A stretch of 64,000 bases of DNA from Eledone cirrhosa (Eukaryota), in NCBI GenBank assembly GCA_964016885.1, contig OZ024744.1, forward strand, positions 90,396,001-90,460,000, in the 5' to 3' direction. The notes under the pieces are model-generated. The model was not told where the DNA came from. It made no database searches and saw only the letters and a list, made by a program, of their open reading frames with translations. Positions within the stretch are counted from its first letter, which is position 1. Each line of letters starts with the position of its first letter. Below, piece by piece: positions 13,081 through 26,481 of this stretch. The translations under genes and the position numbers were made by a program.

Positions 13081-15134
13081 AGATATTTTGAGTAAGACAA
13101 CTGCTGTTAATTCATCTATAATTTTTACACAAGTTGTACAGGGTCAATTGTCTGAGAAAGAAATGTTTTCTTTGTGGTCTTCATAGGAATTTCCTCCTGC
13201 AAAGCGGAAATTTTTTAAAACATGGTTTTAGAGTTCAAAGTTTGACAATAACATACAATGGGCCATATACAGAGTATATAAAAACAATTCTAGTGTCAAT
13301 CAATATTTAATCATTATACACGTCTTAAGGTGTCCTTATATTTTAGAAATAATTTTTTGATAAGGATAAGAAATACTAAGGTTCTGTGTCTACATTAAAA
13401 TTAGTGGTCCTCGCTCTTTGTTGAATTCTGAGGTTCTCTCTTTAAATAGATATTATGAGGTTACTACAATTTGAGAAGATATACTATGGATTCAATGTTT
13501 GAAGTTTGAAAAACCACAGTTTAGTTTGGGAGTTTTATATACTAACAGATTTGCTGTCAATTCATCCTTAATTTTAGCGCAAGTATTAAGGAGCTGTTAC
13601 AGGCTGAAAATAAAAGGTTTTCATTGTGGCCCTTATAGAAATATTATGAGGTTTTCTTTTTTTTTTTTAGGTACACAATTTGGAGGTCTTCAGTTCTGAA
13701 ATCTGGATCCATATATTTTGCAGAAAGCTGAAGAGGTCAGAATAATTTGAGAAGGTTTTCCATGTGGTCTTTGTAAAATTCTCTTTTACAGGGTTCAGAG
13801 TATTAAGAAAAACTCCACAGATTTGTCAATCAAATGTTAGTTCATTAATGCATAAAGTTTGATTTTCATTCTACAATTAATTACAATTAAATAACTATAA
13901 AAATATACAGTATGGATGGAAAAGACACAAAAGGATGATTATACAGTAGTTATGATTCATCAAAATTAACATGTGAACAGTATTTTTCTAATAAGAAATC
14001 TGTAGTGAAAATAAAATCTGAAGATCAGAGATCACATTCAATTTTCACCTTTGATAGCCATTTTCAGGAGGATATTTTTGCATATTATTATTATTTTTTT
14101 TTTTTGGCAAAGTTGGTGAATAAAAGAGTAACAAATTTCTTTGAAATTGAGATTAAATTCTAAGGCAAAACTATATACATTTTTTTTCCTACTAAATTAC
14201 TCTCAAAATTACATTTCTGCTCAATCTATAAATTAAGAACAAAATAGGACTTCAATCCTTTTGATACCAAACTGCCTGAAACTGTTCCTGTTGGTTGGTT
14301 TAAAAGTGTTTATATATTTTTAAAAGCCTTCCACCATAATCATGCGTAAGAACCTCTGTTACATTATATTCCAAACATCTGCTTAATAATGAATGAGCCT
14401 GGAGAAAGTTAGTTATATTACTTAATCTCTCCAATTATATTAAAAATTAATTGAAAACTATAGGTGAAACATATTTAATTAGAAATATGGTAATGAAAAT
14501 GTTTTCAAAAAGTCATAATGGAATTTTTTTTTTCATTCCTACTAAAATTATGAATCCTTCACTTCCAATCTGGTTACTTTACAGTGAAAGAACAAAACAG
14601 AAATTAAAATGAAAAACAAAGGCCATAGACAATTAAATGATTGCTTGTCATTCAACCTTATTTTGGCTCAAAACTTCATGTTTATCTGTGGTTACAATTT
14701 TCATCACAAAACAATTAAGAAGAAAGAAAAGGAGAGGTCATAAACAAATATGGTCGATGTTTGACCCTTTTGAGGTAAAAATTATGGCAGATTTCATTTC
14801 ATCACTTCCAATGTAATTCGAAAATCAATGTCCATACATAATTCATATGTTTTCATTTTCATTACAATCCTCACATATCAACATCTTCTGGTCCAAGTTT
14901 GATGTCAAAGTTAATGCATAATCCTCTATCTTTTTTTCATTTATTTTTATTACATTTTCATTGAAATAAGAGTAGCCTCTAGTTCCATGAGTTGTAACTG
15001 GCAAACAGAATCAGCAATGGAAACATAGTTTCTTTGGTCCAATCTGATGATTGACTCTATTCCATTTTTCCTTTTTCTAGTTTCAGTTTATTCACAGAGA
15101 GAGAGACAGAGAGGGATGTTTATATCAGGTGTGG

Positions 15135-15186
<52 letters not shown>

Positions 15187-16408
15187 GTGTGTGTGAAAAT
15201 AAAGTTCAAAGTGGAAAACATTTTGGGTGAAATTTGAAGATCATATTTCATGCTCCTGATATGATTTATCAATAAGTTACATCTGGTCATTTTTGATTTT
15301 GGATGAGTCAAATGATTTTTTTTTACTCTTTTTCTTTCCACCATAAAATTATGGTTTTATCATTTCTGTAGTTTAGTTTTAATGATGAAGATGAAGAAGT
15401 GAAGATGGCAAAAAGAAAAAAAAAGAAGACCCCCCCCCCCAAAAAAAAAAAAAAACAACAAAAAAAACCAAACAAACCAGTTGTTAAATTCGAAGGTCGC
15501 AGTTCATACATGATATACCACATCTTTTAAAATTACAATTCTCCATGTTATGGTTGTAGCTTCTGCTTCATTTGATCAGTTAAAGAGGTTTAACACTTTT
15601 GATACTAAACCTCCTGAAACAGCCCCTTCTATGACACAAAGCTGTTTATTTTAAACTATCTATATCTATCTACAAACCTTTCATCATAATTTTATGTAAG
15701 AAACTTTAATTTATGTTTCAAACACCAGCCTAATAATGAGAAAGTTCATTATATTACTAAATCCCTCCAAATTCTTGATTATTTTCAAAATTTGAAAATT
15801 ATAGGCAGTGTCTTTCATTAGAAATATGGTAACGAAAGGTTCAAAGTCCAAGTTGATAATTTTTTTCTTTATGTATTCCTATAAAACGCTGTTAACTTCC
15901 TTCAAATCTGGTCAATTGTCATGCAACATTTCTTAAAAAACTTATTTGAGATTAAATTCAAAGGACAAAATCAAAAGCAATGGTGATAACAATCGAGCAG
16001 CATTTTTCATGTAGAACCATATTATAAACAGAATTCAAATAGTTCTATCAAACATGCCTGAGCTCCTTTCAGTCCTCATGACCAAGTAAGTTCTCTTCAA
16101 AAGTTTTAAATCTTAAGTTAATTTGAGATAAAACCTTTCTTTCACTTCAACTTGAAATGCAACATTGAATTTCTATAGACAACAACAACAACAACAATAA
16201 GAACAAAACAAAAGTCAAATTCATGCATGATTCACTTTCATGTTATATTCCTTCAATATTGAATGTATTCCCAGTGCATCTCTTCTAGTCAGAGTCCACA
16301 CATGGTTCATTATTTCCCTTTTCAATTTAATTTCTTCCAAAAATGATGGCATTTCGGTCCATCACTTCCACTTTAAATGTTAAGTTTATAGATAATCAAA
16401 TCCTTTAA

Positions 16409-16666
16409 CTCTTTTGATACCACACCACCTGAAATAGGCTCTGTTTTTATGATATAAAACTGTTGGTTTTTAAAGCATATATATTTATCTAAGTACTTTC
16501 CATCATAATTCTATGTAAGAAGCTTTGTTAAGTTATGTTCCAAACTTTTGCTTGTTAATGAGAAAATTAGTTATATTACTAAATCCCTCCAAATTTTTGA
16601 TTACTTTGAAAATTATTTGAAAAATCATAAGCAGTGTCTTTCATTTAAAAATATCGTAATGAAGGC
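16409..16666. mobile_element. Older piggyBac-type MITE, family B (also ~2400-2792, ~14255-14500, ~15590-15842)
   Basis: ttaa c(t/c)cttttgatac...ta(a)tgaa(a)gg ttaa termini and a shared body catcataattttatgtaagaa..agttatattactaaatccctcc. Confidence 0.6.
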
Positions 16667-18280
16667 TTAAACATTACATTCCATGAAAGTTCCAGTAACT
16701 CTCGGTCAGGTCAAGTAGTAGCATAAAAGCTGATGTCAAAGGTCAAAGTTGATACATGTTGCTCATTTTTTTGGAAATTATACTTTTGGTCAATCTTTTG
16801 GTTTTCTTTTGATTAGATAGAGTAGGTGAGGAATAGGGGGCATGTAGGAGAATGGAAAAACAAAAGGTCAAAAACTAAAAAAACAACAACAAAAAACAAA
16901 ACAAAGTTTATATTTGAAATCAAAGGTCAAAGGTCATAAATAGTTGTTTATGTTATCCTTCCCTAATACTAGTAGTTATTTAACCTTAATAAAATATGAG
17001 AGGATCTGACCTGCAGATTTACTGCTCCAGATATTTTGTGGTGTTATTGTTGTTATACAGCATCAGATTCAGCCATTGGGTTGGCTGCTCTCATCAAACT
17101 TGTACCCACACAGTGTAGTAGGTAGTCTGTTCAAATGTCTGAATGAAACCTTGGTGGTAGTAGTGAGGATTCTATGTCTTGAGAACTGTAACATGTCTAC
17201 AGAGGTTCATTTTTGGGTAGGATATAATCTCTTTACTTTATAATATTTGTTCTGATAGAATTAATAAAACAAAGGTTGAATTCATGCATGATTTTTATTT
17301 TGTAATCTAAATCCGCAGGCCCTGTCACTTTTCCAGTTGCTACTGTGGTTCTTTTAGGGGGTCAGGGTGTATGGGGGTGGGGGGTGGGGGGTATAGAAAG
17401 ATGGAGCTTGGAGTTTGGATTTAAAAAGACAAACATCAAAACCAAACCAAAGCTGAAGGAAAATATCTGACAGAAGTATAAAACTGAGGTCAAATTTGAT
17501 AAGCAAGGTCATATTAGGTTGATCTGTAGTTCTCTTTTGGTTACAGAAGATTGATGCTAAACGTCAGAAAACTAAGGTCAAAAGTAAAAAACCAAACAAA
17601 TATTTTGGAGTTCAGTCTGAAAGCCATACATGGTCACATCTGAATTAGCAGAGACATTAGAGAGTTGGATTAAATATCTGGCAGTATCTGTTCAGGCTCT
17701 CTGTACTCTGAGTTCAAATTCCACTCGAGATCAACTTTGCCTTTCATCCTTCCAGGGCCAATAAATAAAGCACCAGTCCAGGGCAGGGGCTAGGCAGAAT
17801 TATTACAGCATCAGACAGGACGCCTTGCAGTATCTATTCTGGCTCTGTGCATATTGCATTTAAATACTGCTCCCTGTCACTGGAAAAATGGTGACACGAT
17901 AGGGCTGGGGCCGCTATCATTAAAAAAACACCCAAGAAACCTCCAATGTGATGCAACATCATAGAAGGCTGGCGAAACTTGCACAGGTGTAAACTGTAGC
18001 AATAACAAAAACAACAACAGAGAGTTGGGGAATATAGTATGTTCAGACTAGGGTTAGCTTTAAGGTTAGACTTAAGGTTTAAAGGTTAAAGTAACATTTT
18101 TTTTTATTAAATTAGGTTTAGGTTTAGGATTAGCTTAAGGTTCAGATTCACAGTTGTAATTAGAGTTAGTTGTTTTAATGATTGTAGGTTAAGTCAAGGT
18201 TATGTTTCGCCTTGGTGTTTGGAGTCAGAGATCAAGATTGAGGGCTTGAATCACTGTTGATCCTGTGTTTGCGTACACTT

Positions 18281-20494
18281 TTATTGTTGACGAGAGCGGC
18301 GCTGTTGACCTTGTTCTTGTTGTTGTCGGTAGTGTCGGTGGCGGTTTTGGCGATGCTGAAATTTTGCTTCGCCACCGCCACCTCCGCTAGAAGCAATACT
18401 AGGGCCACCACTACCGTGATCGCTATCACGGTGAAGGCGGCGTTGATGCTGATGGTGGTGTTGTTTCTGAGGATGATGCTGCTGCTTCTGTTGCTTATGT
18501 GACGCGTATTCGTCATCGGCAACATCATCAGCAGCAGCATCAACAACTACATTGGGACCGGCGTCGGTGATCATTGTTCCATCGGCATCAGCAGCAGCAG
18601 CATCAGCATCAATACGAGAACGTGGAGGGAGTGGTGGTGGCGTTGGTGAAGCTGAGGAGGAGGTCAACTGTTGTTCTTGTTCTTGTTGAGTCACAGGTGT
18701 CGCTTCCACCACATAACCACCATGTCTTCCACCATTGTCATTGTGGTGGTACTGCTGGTCGCTATGACGACTACGATGATGTTCTTTGTGCTCATCATCA
18801 TCGTCGTCGTCGTTATTATAGTAATCGTAATAGTCATCGTAATCATCGTCAATGTGTATGTCAGCATCGTCGTAGTCATAAAACTCCCCGTATTCCGCTT
18901 CATCATGCTCCCCCACACCCGGTGGCACAGTCTGTTCATTACGGCCGATTCGGCCATGGCGAGCAGCACGCATGAGTAAAGCGTAGACCTCTCGATGCCC
19001 GCTCTTCAGTGCAACGCGCAGGGGTGTCCGACCGTAGCGGTCAGCGCGAGACGGGTCGGCGCCCCGCGCAAGCAACGCGCGCACCACGCCTGCATGTCCC
19101 TCCTGGGAGGCAACGCACAATGCTGTCGCTCCCTGGCTACATGCGCGGTCCACGGCAGCTCCCCGCCTCAGCAGGGCACGAGCCACGGCCGCGTGTCCAC
19201 GCCACGCGGCCGATTGTAACGGCGTGCGCCGCTCGTTGTCAGCTGCATCTAAATCTGCTCCGCCCACGTCTGCGAGCAGGCGCACCATGTCGACGTGGCC
19301 TTGCCAAGCAGCTACGTGCAGTGCCGTCCGACCTTCCGGATCTACGCCCTCCACATCTGCACCATTGGCCAGCAAAAAGGCGGCCATACGCACGCGGTTC
19401 TCTAGCGCCAGCACATAGAGTGTCGAGCGACCATCAGCATCACGGTAGTTCGGATCGGCCAAACATCCAGTACCCAGGATTGAACCTAGTGGACCAGCAC
19501 CACCACCACTACCACCGGGACCACCAACACCACCAGGACCACCAACACCACCACCACCACCACCACCAGAACCACCAGCGCCGCCTCCAGCAACACTACC
19601 AGCCACACCGTAGCTAATAGGTCCGCCACAATGGCGCTGTTTTCTCCTGGCCGGAAGCGGCACAGCAGCGGAGGCGACTGTGGAAGGGGTGGGGGAAGCG
19701 GTAACGGCGGCAGACAATGTGGAAGTGACAGCGGCGGCAGCAGTGAAAGCAGAACTAGTGGCTGGGTCAGTGGTGGCAGAAGAAGCAGGGTTCCGATGAC
19801 GAGCTCGGATTGGGGAGCGTCGACGCGGCGGCAATGGTGGAGGCGAGGGGGAAAAGTTACGACAGGTGTCTGCCTCTTCGTTCGCTCCTGGCACTCGATT
19901 TGGCGGCGGCGGCGGTGAGTGTGAGTGCTGCGAAGGCGAGTGCAACTCGGAATCTGGGTCCAACTGCAAATGGGAGTGAGGGTGTGAGTGCGAGTGCAGC
20001 TGTGAGTGAGACGGCGATTGTGTGGGCGAGTGCGATGGCGAGTGGAGCAACAGCGTCTCTGGTGAGTGGAGTGCTCGGGAGTGCAGCTGTGACTGAGGGT
20101 TGGGGTGGGGAATGTAACCACGTCGACGGCGTCGACGAACACCAAGCTGCGGTTGCGTCGGTGGGGAGGGAGAATACGGCTCACCATCCCCACCCTCTGC
20201 TACACCCCCACTTCCCCCTCCTCCTCCACCGACCATGATGAGGCCGCAGCCTCGTTCTGGTGGATAGGGGTGTCCAAGAAGCAAAAGGCTGGCCACAGCT
20301 TCATGGCCCTCCAAGCAGCTGACTCGCAGTGCTGTCTTGCCGTCATGCGAACGCTGATCCACGCTAGCACCATGCCGCAGTAGACCTTCCACTACAGAGA
20401 GATTCCCCTCCTGGGCCGCTAGGATAAGGGCATGGCGGCCGTCATTATCTGTTTCATTCACCTTTGCTCCATGCTCAATCAGGATGTCACAGAC
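18281..20494 (-). CDS. ANKRD50: ANKRD50-like last coding exon (737 aa + stop): C-terminal ankyrin repeats and low-complexity tail
   Basis: Acceptor tttctgtttatttgcag|GTC at 20495/20494. The splice gives EGHRK|VCDILIEHGAKVNETDNDGR, completing an ANK repeat. DADGRSTLYVLALEN, RTPLQSAAWRGH and QGATALCVASQEGH match ANKRD50. Confidence 0.9.
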   Translation of the reverse strand, partial: VCDILIEHGAKVNETDNDGRHALILAAQEGNLSVVEGLLRHGASVDQRSHDGKTALRVSCLEGHEAVASLLLLGHPYPPERGCGLIMVGGGGGGSGGVAEGGDGEPYSPSPPTQPQLGVRRRRRRGYIPHPNPQSQLHSRALHSPETLLLHSPSHSPTQSPSHSQLHSHSHPHSHLQLDPDSELHSPSQHSHSPPPPPNRVPGANEEADTCRNFSPSPPPLPPRRRSPIRARHRNPASSATTDPATSSAFTAAAAVTSTLSAAVTASPTPSTVASAAVPLPARRKQRHCGGPISYGVAGSVAGGGAGGSGGGGGGGVGGPGGVGGPGGSGGGAGPLGSILGTGCLADPNYRDADGRSTLYVLALENRVRMAAFLLANGADVEGVDPEGRTALHVAAWQGHVDMVRLLADVGGADLDAADNERRTPLQSAAWRGHAAVARALLRRGAAVDRACSQGATALCVASQEGHAGVVRALLARGADPSRADRYGRTPLRVALKSGHREVYALLMRAARHGRIGRNEQTVPPGVGEHDEAEYGEFYDYDDADIHIDDDYDDYYDYYNNDDDDDDEHKEHHRSRHSDQQYHHNDNGGRHGGYVVEATPVTQQEQEQQLTSSSASPTPPPLPPRSRIDADAAAADADGTMITDAGPNVVVDAAADDVADDEYASHKQQKQQHHPQKQHHHQHQRRLHRDSDHGSGGPSIASSGGGGGEAKFQHRQNRHRHYRQQQEQGQQRRSRQQ

Positions 20495-21430
20495 CTGCAA
20501 ATAAACAGAAATTTATATCATACACACATATATATATATATAAACATACATATGCATGCATTCAAATACCATATATAGTTGTATATGTGTGTATGCATGT
20601 GCGTGTGTGTATGTGGTTTCAGATTTAGGCACAAGACCAGCAATTTGGAGGGAAGGGGAAAGTCGATTAAATCGATCCCAGTGAATTACTGGTACTTTAT
20701 TTTATCGGCCCCGGAAGGCTGAAAAGCAAAGCTAACCTCAGCGGGATTTGAACTCAGAACACAAAGGGACATAACTCTACGCATGGTGTCCAACGCTCTA
20801 CTGATACTGCCAATCCGCCACCCTTTAATATCGAATAACAATATTTGATTCATTTACAAGCAAACAGCCTCATTATGCTATGTTTTATAGATGACCATTG
20901 CCATCCTTTTGTTCTAATGGTGACAGAGAGAAACAATCAGTAATTTTTCTCTGAGAAAAATTACAGAGTCAATAAAATAAAGTACCAGTCACACACTGGG
21001 GTCAATTTAATCGATTTGCCTCACCCCAAAAATTTCTGGCCTTGTGCCTAAATCAGAAACCATTATACTTTTATGTAATAGACTGAGTTAAGTTAGTTTC
21101 CGAATAATATCTTAATATTGAGAAAGTTAGTTATTTTATTAAATCCATCCAAATTCTTGATTATCTATATAAAAATTTCTGCGATTCTGTCACAACAAGT
21201 TTAAGAGAGAGGAGTAGTTTGACTACCTCATACTACTCCTCTCTTTTTCCGTCAACAGCCTGCATTAATGTATGTGTGTGTAAAAGTAAGGAAGTGGGTG
21301 GTGAAAAAACTTTAGCAAAATAGGGGCTGCCGTTCCATTTGTGTAAATGTGTGTATGTGTGAATGTATGTCTGTGAGTGTGTATTTTTGTAAGTGTGTCT
21401 GTGTTTGCGCATTTATATTTATAAACCCAT

Positions 21431-22765
21431 ATACAAGCCATGTATAAAGAAACGGTCTGCAAGGTTAGAATTAACAACGAATATAGTGAAGAATTTAGCG
21501 TAAAAGTTGGTGTCCATCAGGGCTCTGTCCTTAGCCCCCTCTTATTTATATTGCCCTTCAGGCTATAACAGAGGAGTTCAAGACCAGCTGCCCATGGGAA
21601 CTTCTCTATGCAGAAATTCCATTTTATGTCCCAAATGCAAAGTATGGGTGCATAAAAGATGTAGTGGGATCACAGGTAAGCTATCTAAGAATGTAGATTT
21701 TATATGTGGCCGGTGCTCAGGTGCAATAAGTAGCAAGTGCCCACAGGATACTAGCTCCTTCTATTGCCCAGATGGCTCTATAGAAATAGTGGACACCTTC
21801 CGTTACTTGGGTGACAAAATCGGCAGTGGTGGAGGGTGCTCTGAAAGTACAGTAGCTAGAGTCAGAACGGGATGGAAAAAGTTCAGAGAGCTTATACCAC
21901 TACTGGCCGCTAAAGGTTTCTCTCTAAAAATGAAAGGCAGGCTGTATGATGCCTGCATACGAACAGCAATGTTGCATGGCAGTGAGACCTGGGCATTGTG
22001 TGCAGAGAATTTGCGCAGACTGGAGAAGAACGAAGCTTGCATGCTCCGCTGGATGTGTAATAGTAATATACGTGATCGGCAAAGCATAAACGAACTAAGG
22101 AAAAAATTAGAAATAAGAGGGATTAGATGCTGTTTACACGAGAGAAGACTATGTTGGTATGGTCATGTGATGTGCATGAAAGACGAGAGCTGTATAAAAA
22201 AGTGCAGGGCGATCAAAATTGACGGAAGTTACGGAGTAGGTTGACCAAGAAAAACCTTGGACAATTTGATAAATTCCGACCTTACACACTTACACCTCTC
22301 TAAGACAATGTCACTGGACTGAGATCTTTGGCGCTACACAGTAATACAGAAAACCTGCCTTGCCTAAGTACAAAGCGAAACCTACAGTCAGTAGGCACCG
22401 CTTAACCAAAAATACACCCCATCCCACTACCCCTACTCCATCCTCCCACTCCCACCAACACCACCCTTTCTCTGTAAAGTTATGGTGGTACTACAACATC
22501 TTGTCCAAACTAAAGAGGTCGTGTAGGTGTCACGACAAAAAAAACACACAGTCCATGCTGTAATGTGGCCGTGTAGGTAACACGGTAAAAACCTCCCAGT
22601 CCCACACTGTAAACGTGGTTGGTGTTAGGAAGGGCATCCAGCCGTAGAAAACCTGCCAGACAGTCCTATATGAGGGAGACGACCATTCTTGCCTCAAGTG
22701 GGAAAATTCCTGTCTAAACTCATGCTAGCGTGGAAGATAGACGTTAAACGATGATGATGATGATA
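21431..22765 (+). mobile_element. 5'-truncated RTE LINE copy (same family as 56573-63640) with an internal deletion, in intron 2
   Basis: Near-identical translation (ILCPKCKVWVHKRCSGITG..RLEKNEACMLRWMC). CPWELLYA is joined to RNSILC at ~21614, losing ~190 bp that include the catalytic DD. (GAT)n tail. Confidence 0.9.
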
Positions 22766-22930
22766 ATAATATAAATGTATGCACATGCACAAACAAACAA
22801 ACGTGTCAGCGTGTTGAAAAAAAATCCTAGTTTTGAAAATTATTGGAAAAATCATAGGCTGTATATTTCAATAGAAGTATTGTACGAACAAGATAAATGT
22901 AAGAAAAAAAAAAATGAACCGGTCTCTCAC

Positions 22931-24778
22931 CTTTCTGTGTCCCTCATATGCAGCCATGTGTAACGGCGTCCATCCAGCATTATCCTTGTGCATTTCATCC
23001 AGACCTCGCTCCAGCAAAAGTCCCACAACGTCCGCATCACCCTGGGCGGCAGCTACGCTCAGCACGGTACGTCCTTCCCCATCAATGGCATCGACTGCAG
23101 CGTTCCAGTAAAGCAACTGACGAACAACACCTGCACGTCCAGCTGCGGCAGCTGCCAACAGTGGCGTGCGTCCAGCAGTGTCAGCGGCATCAACATCTGC
23201 ATCCCATTCTAAAAGCAGCTCACATGCCTCTTCGCGACCCTCATGAGCGGCCACCAGTAAAGGAGTGGCACCGTCAAGGTCTCTGTGATCAACAAATGCC
23301 CCTCGAGCAAGCAGCAATGCTACAACTGCGTCGTGGTTTTGACTCTGGTATTGCTGTTCTTCCTGTGCCATGCCATTGCTGACGGCAGCGGAGGAGGCAG
23401 TCTGGTGAGAGTAGCTTTGGCCGTGTTCTTGTCGGCCAAAAGCATTTGCTTGTCCTTCCCTTTGACTTTCTAGTTTGCCTACACTGTCCACCACTTCACC
23501 CTCTGTACCAACGTCATTGTCACTGACGATGGGGTATTTTTTTTTCCCCTTCATTTCCAGCCCTGCTCCTGGCTCTAAACATTCCCCTGTACCATCTTCA
23601 TCATCTTGTTCATCCCCATCATGAATATTTACATTCCCAAGCTGTGTATCATATTCACATTCATCAGCATCCTGGTTGATGGTTCCAGGAGAAACAAATG
23701 CAACAAAGCCTGTGCCACAAAGTGAAGCAGCCACAGATAAAGCGGTTCGGCCGTCAGCATCCTCGTGATCTACAGAGGCACCAACATCGAGGAGATGCTC
23801 CACGATGGAAGCATGTCCCATGTATGCAGCAGCAATGAGAGCAGTCCGTCCCTCGCTGTCACAGCGGTTCACATCAGCGTGGTGTGCAAGGAGACATCGA
23901 ACAGCAGATTCTCGGCCACCCCATGCAGCAGCACGCAGTGCCGTTCGTCCACCAGCGTCACAACGGTCAACCTCAGCACCAGCGGCCAGTAATGCTTCAA
24001 CAACACCAGTATGGCCACCCCAGGCTGCAGAACGGAGAGGTGTCCAGCCATCATTATCGGCCACATCGGTGAGCCCTGTAGCTTGTGGTGACTCCAGAAG
24101 CACTTTCACCACTGCCAGATGTCCCTGACGAGCAGCTATATTTAGTGCAGTCTGGCCATAGGCATCTGAAATGCAAGGATCAGCTCCAAGGTTGAGCAGG
24201 TCAGCAGTAGCTTTTGCATCTCCACGTGCTGAGCATTCATGCAGTATAGCAGAAATGTCTGCAGCTTCGTTGGTGGTCACATCAGTTGTTGCTATACTAT
24301 CTATTGCTTCTCCGCCGCAGCGGAGCTGCCTGAGTCTTTCCAGCGTTGCATTCAGCCGATGTTCGTATACGAAATCTTCGGCATCATCATTTACAAGAGA
24401 TACACGCCCATCCTCTGCTCTTGTCTCAGCTTCTAATTCACAACGCATGTTGATGCCAGTGGCAGTGGTGGGGCTAGCATTGGTGCTGGTGAGGTTGTTA
24501 TTGCTACCAGTAATACCACTGAAACCGAGATCATCATCGTCATCGTTGTTGTTATTGTTGTCACGGTTACGACTGGATGACATAGATGGAGTTGTCGTTG
24601 CCAGAGGAGGGAGTGGTTGGGAAGTTGCTGCTGCAGCCGAGATGGACATTTCATCAAGGAAAACACCATGAGACAAGCTATCGGTTTGGCTACAAGGGGA
24701 CACCCCTGTAGTACCAGAGCGATGGTGTTTGTGGTCATTGTTGTTGTTGGTGGGATTGTTTGTCATAGATTTATCATG
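22931..24778 (-). CDS. ANKRD50: ANKRD50-like coding exon 2 (616 codons): N-terminal ankyrin repeats
   Basis: Acceptor t(15)attgcag|CAT at 24779/24778 and donor AGA AAG|gtgaga at 22931/22930, both phase 0. ANK repeats [53 protein letters not shown] are typical of ANKRD50. Confidence 0.92.
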
Positions 24779-24872
24779 CTGCAATAAAAAAAAAAAAAAA
24801 GAGAAAATATAATAGAAGTGTGTGCCCGAACATGCTATATATATATACACACATATATATATATATATAAAG

Positions 24873-25264
24873 AGAGAGAGAACACATATGTTTCACATGA
24901 GTAAAAAGAATAGAAATCAATAAACATGTAGAATACACGGTAACTTTTGTTAACATATATACACTAAGAGAAATGCGTCGGTTTTCTACTAGAGTAAGTA
25001 TGTGTATGTGTATGTATTTCCTAATGCGTTTATCAATCTATACAAATGTATGAAAAGGGACAACGACAGAGAGAGAACACATATGTTTCACATGAGTAAA
25101 AAGAATAGAAATCAATAAACATGTAGAATACACAGTAACTTTTGTTAACATATATACACTAAGAGAAATGCGTTGGTTTTCTACTAGAGTAAGTATGTGT
25201 ATGTGTATATATTTCCTAATGCGTTTATCAATCTATACAAATGTATGAAAAGGGACAACGACAG
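24873..25264. repeat. 195-bp tandem duplication near the exon 2 acceptor
   Basis: aacacatatgtttcac at 24881 and 25076; only a few substitutions between the copies. Confidence 0.92.
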
Positions 25265-25299
25265 TTTTTTAAATGTAAATGATATGAACTCACTAAGTC

Positions 25300-25813
25300 A
25301 ATGGAAGCCCATGAAGTGTGGTGACCCAGGAAGACTTAGGACGAGGTGATAAAAGCTGACCTTGCCCAATTGCACCTCTCAAAGGTCATGACACAAGAGT
25401 GAGATCTCTGGTGTTATGCAATAATACAGAAGACCCAATTTCTCACAGGCACACGCGGAAGTTGAAGCATATATATATAGAGTATGCCCAATCCACTCTC
25501 ATACATCTCCCATGAGGACAAGTTGAAGTATACATCCAGTGAAGCCATCAGCCCACACTATAAAGTGGTTGCGATGGCAAAACGACAAAAGCCACCCAGT
25601 CCACACTGTAAAGTGGTCGTGTAGGTGTCACAACAAAAAGCACCCAGTACTCACTGTAAATGAGGTTGACGCCAGGAAGGGCATCTAGCTGTAGAAACCA
25701 AGCCCAAAACAGTTCTGTATAAGCGGAGCATGGCCACCTGACCTGGCATTGTTCATGACAGGATAACTCGTTTAACCCATGCTAACATGGAAAAATGGAC
25801 GTTAAACAGCAAC

Positions 25814-25852
<39 letters not shown>
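25300..25852 (+). mobile_element. Old RTE 3' end with (GAT)n tail
   Basis: Decayed PRKT.DEVIKADL..DLWCYAIIQKT followed by the shared ggaagggcatc..tagaaa..cccatgct..gacgttaaa (GAT)n tail. Confidence 0.7.
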
Positions 25853-26429
25853 ATATACATTTATGCATTAAATTATGATATATATATATATCTCATAATT
25901 TAATGCATATATGTTTGATAGTGGTTCAAGTAAATTAAGAAGAAAATTATTGTAATTAATTTAAATGAATGTAAAATGAAATATGTTGATTGCCAAAGTG
26001 ACAAGAGAGGAAAGGTCAAGGAAAACATGAAGATTCAAACATTTATATATAGAATAATGTAACCAAGGAATCATCAAATTAAAATATCTTTTTTACTGCA
26101 GTTAACGTCATTTTCAACAAGTACAATGTTAGTATATGTATTTATATACTCTTTACTAAATGGAAGACTGACAATATATATGGATGGCTTCCACAATTTC
26201 TGTCTATCAAATATAAATTGGATGGCTTCCACAATTTCTGTCTATCAAATCTCACACTAAAAATCTTGAGTTATCAGAAATTGTGGTTGGATAAATGCTT
26301 TATAGAATTTGTGCATGTACCTATTATATTTCTTTGCACTCATGGCAGCTTTCTCTTACAAAATCATTTTTAAAAAATCATCAGCAGACATATATATATA
26401 TAGCTTCAGCCAAAACTATCTGTCTGCTG

Positions 26430-26481
<52 letters not shown>

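Noticed and set aside
12920-13186. Plus-strand 88-aa ORF as a host gene or extra exon
   Set aside because: It is the antisense of a CRE-like endonuclease fragment.
16924-16936. Perfect DR1 AGGTCA-A-AGGTCA nuclear receptor site amid several AGGTCA half-sites
   Set aside because: Such motifs are common in molluscan repeats and there is no functional evidence from the sequence alone.
21206-21244. 13-bp perfect hairpin followed by Ts, resembling an intrinsic terminator or pre-miRNA
   Set aside because: Eukaryotic intron context, and the stem is too short for a pre-miRNA.
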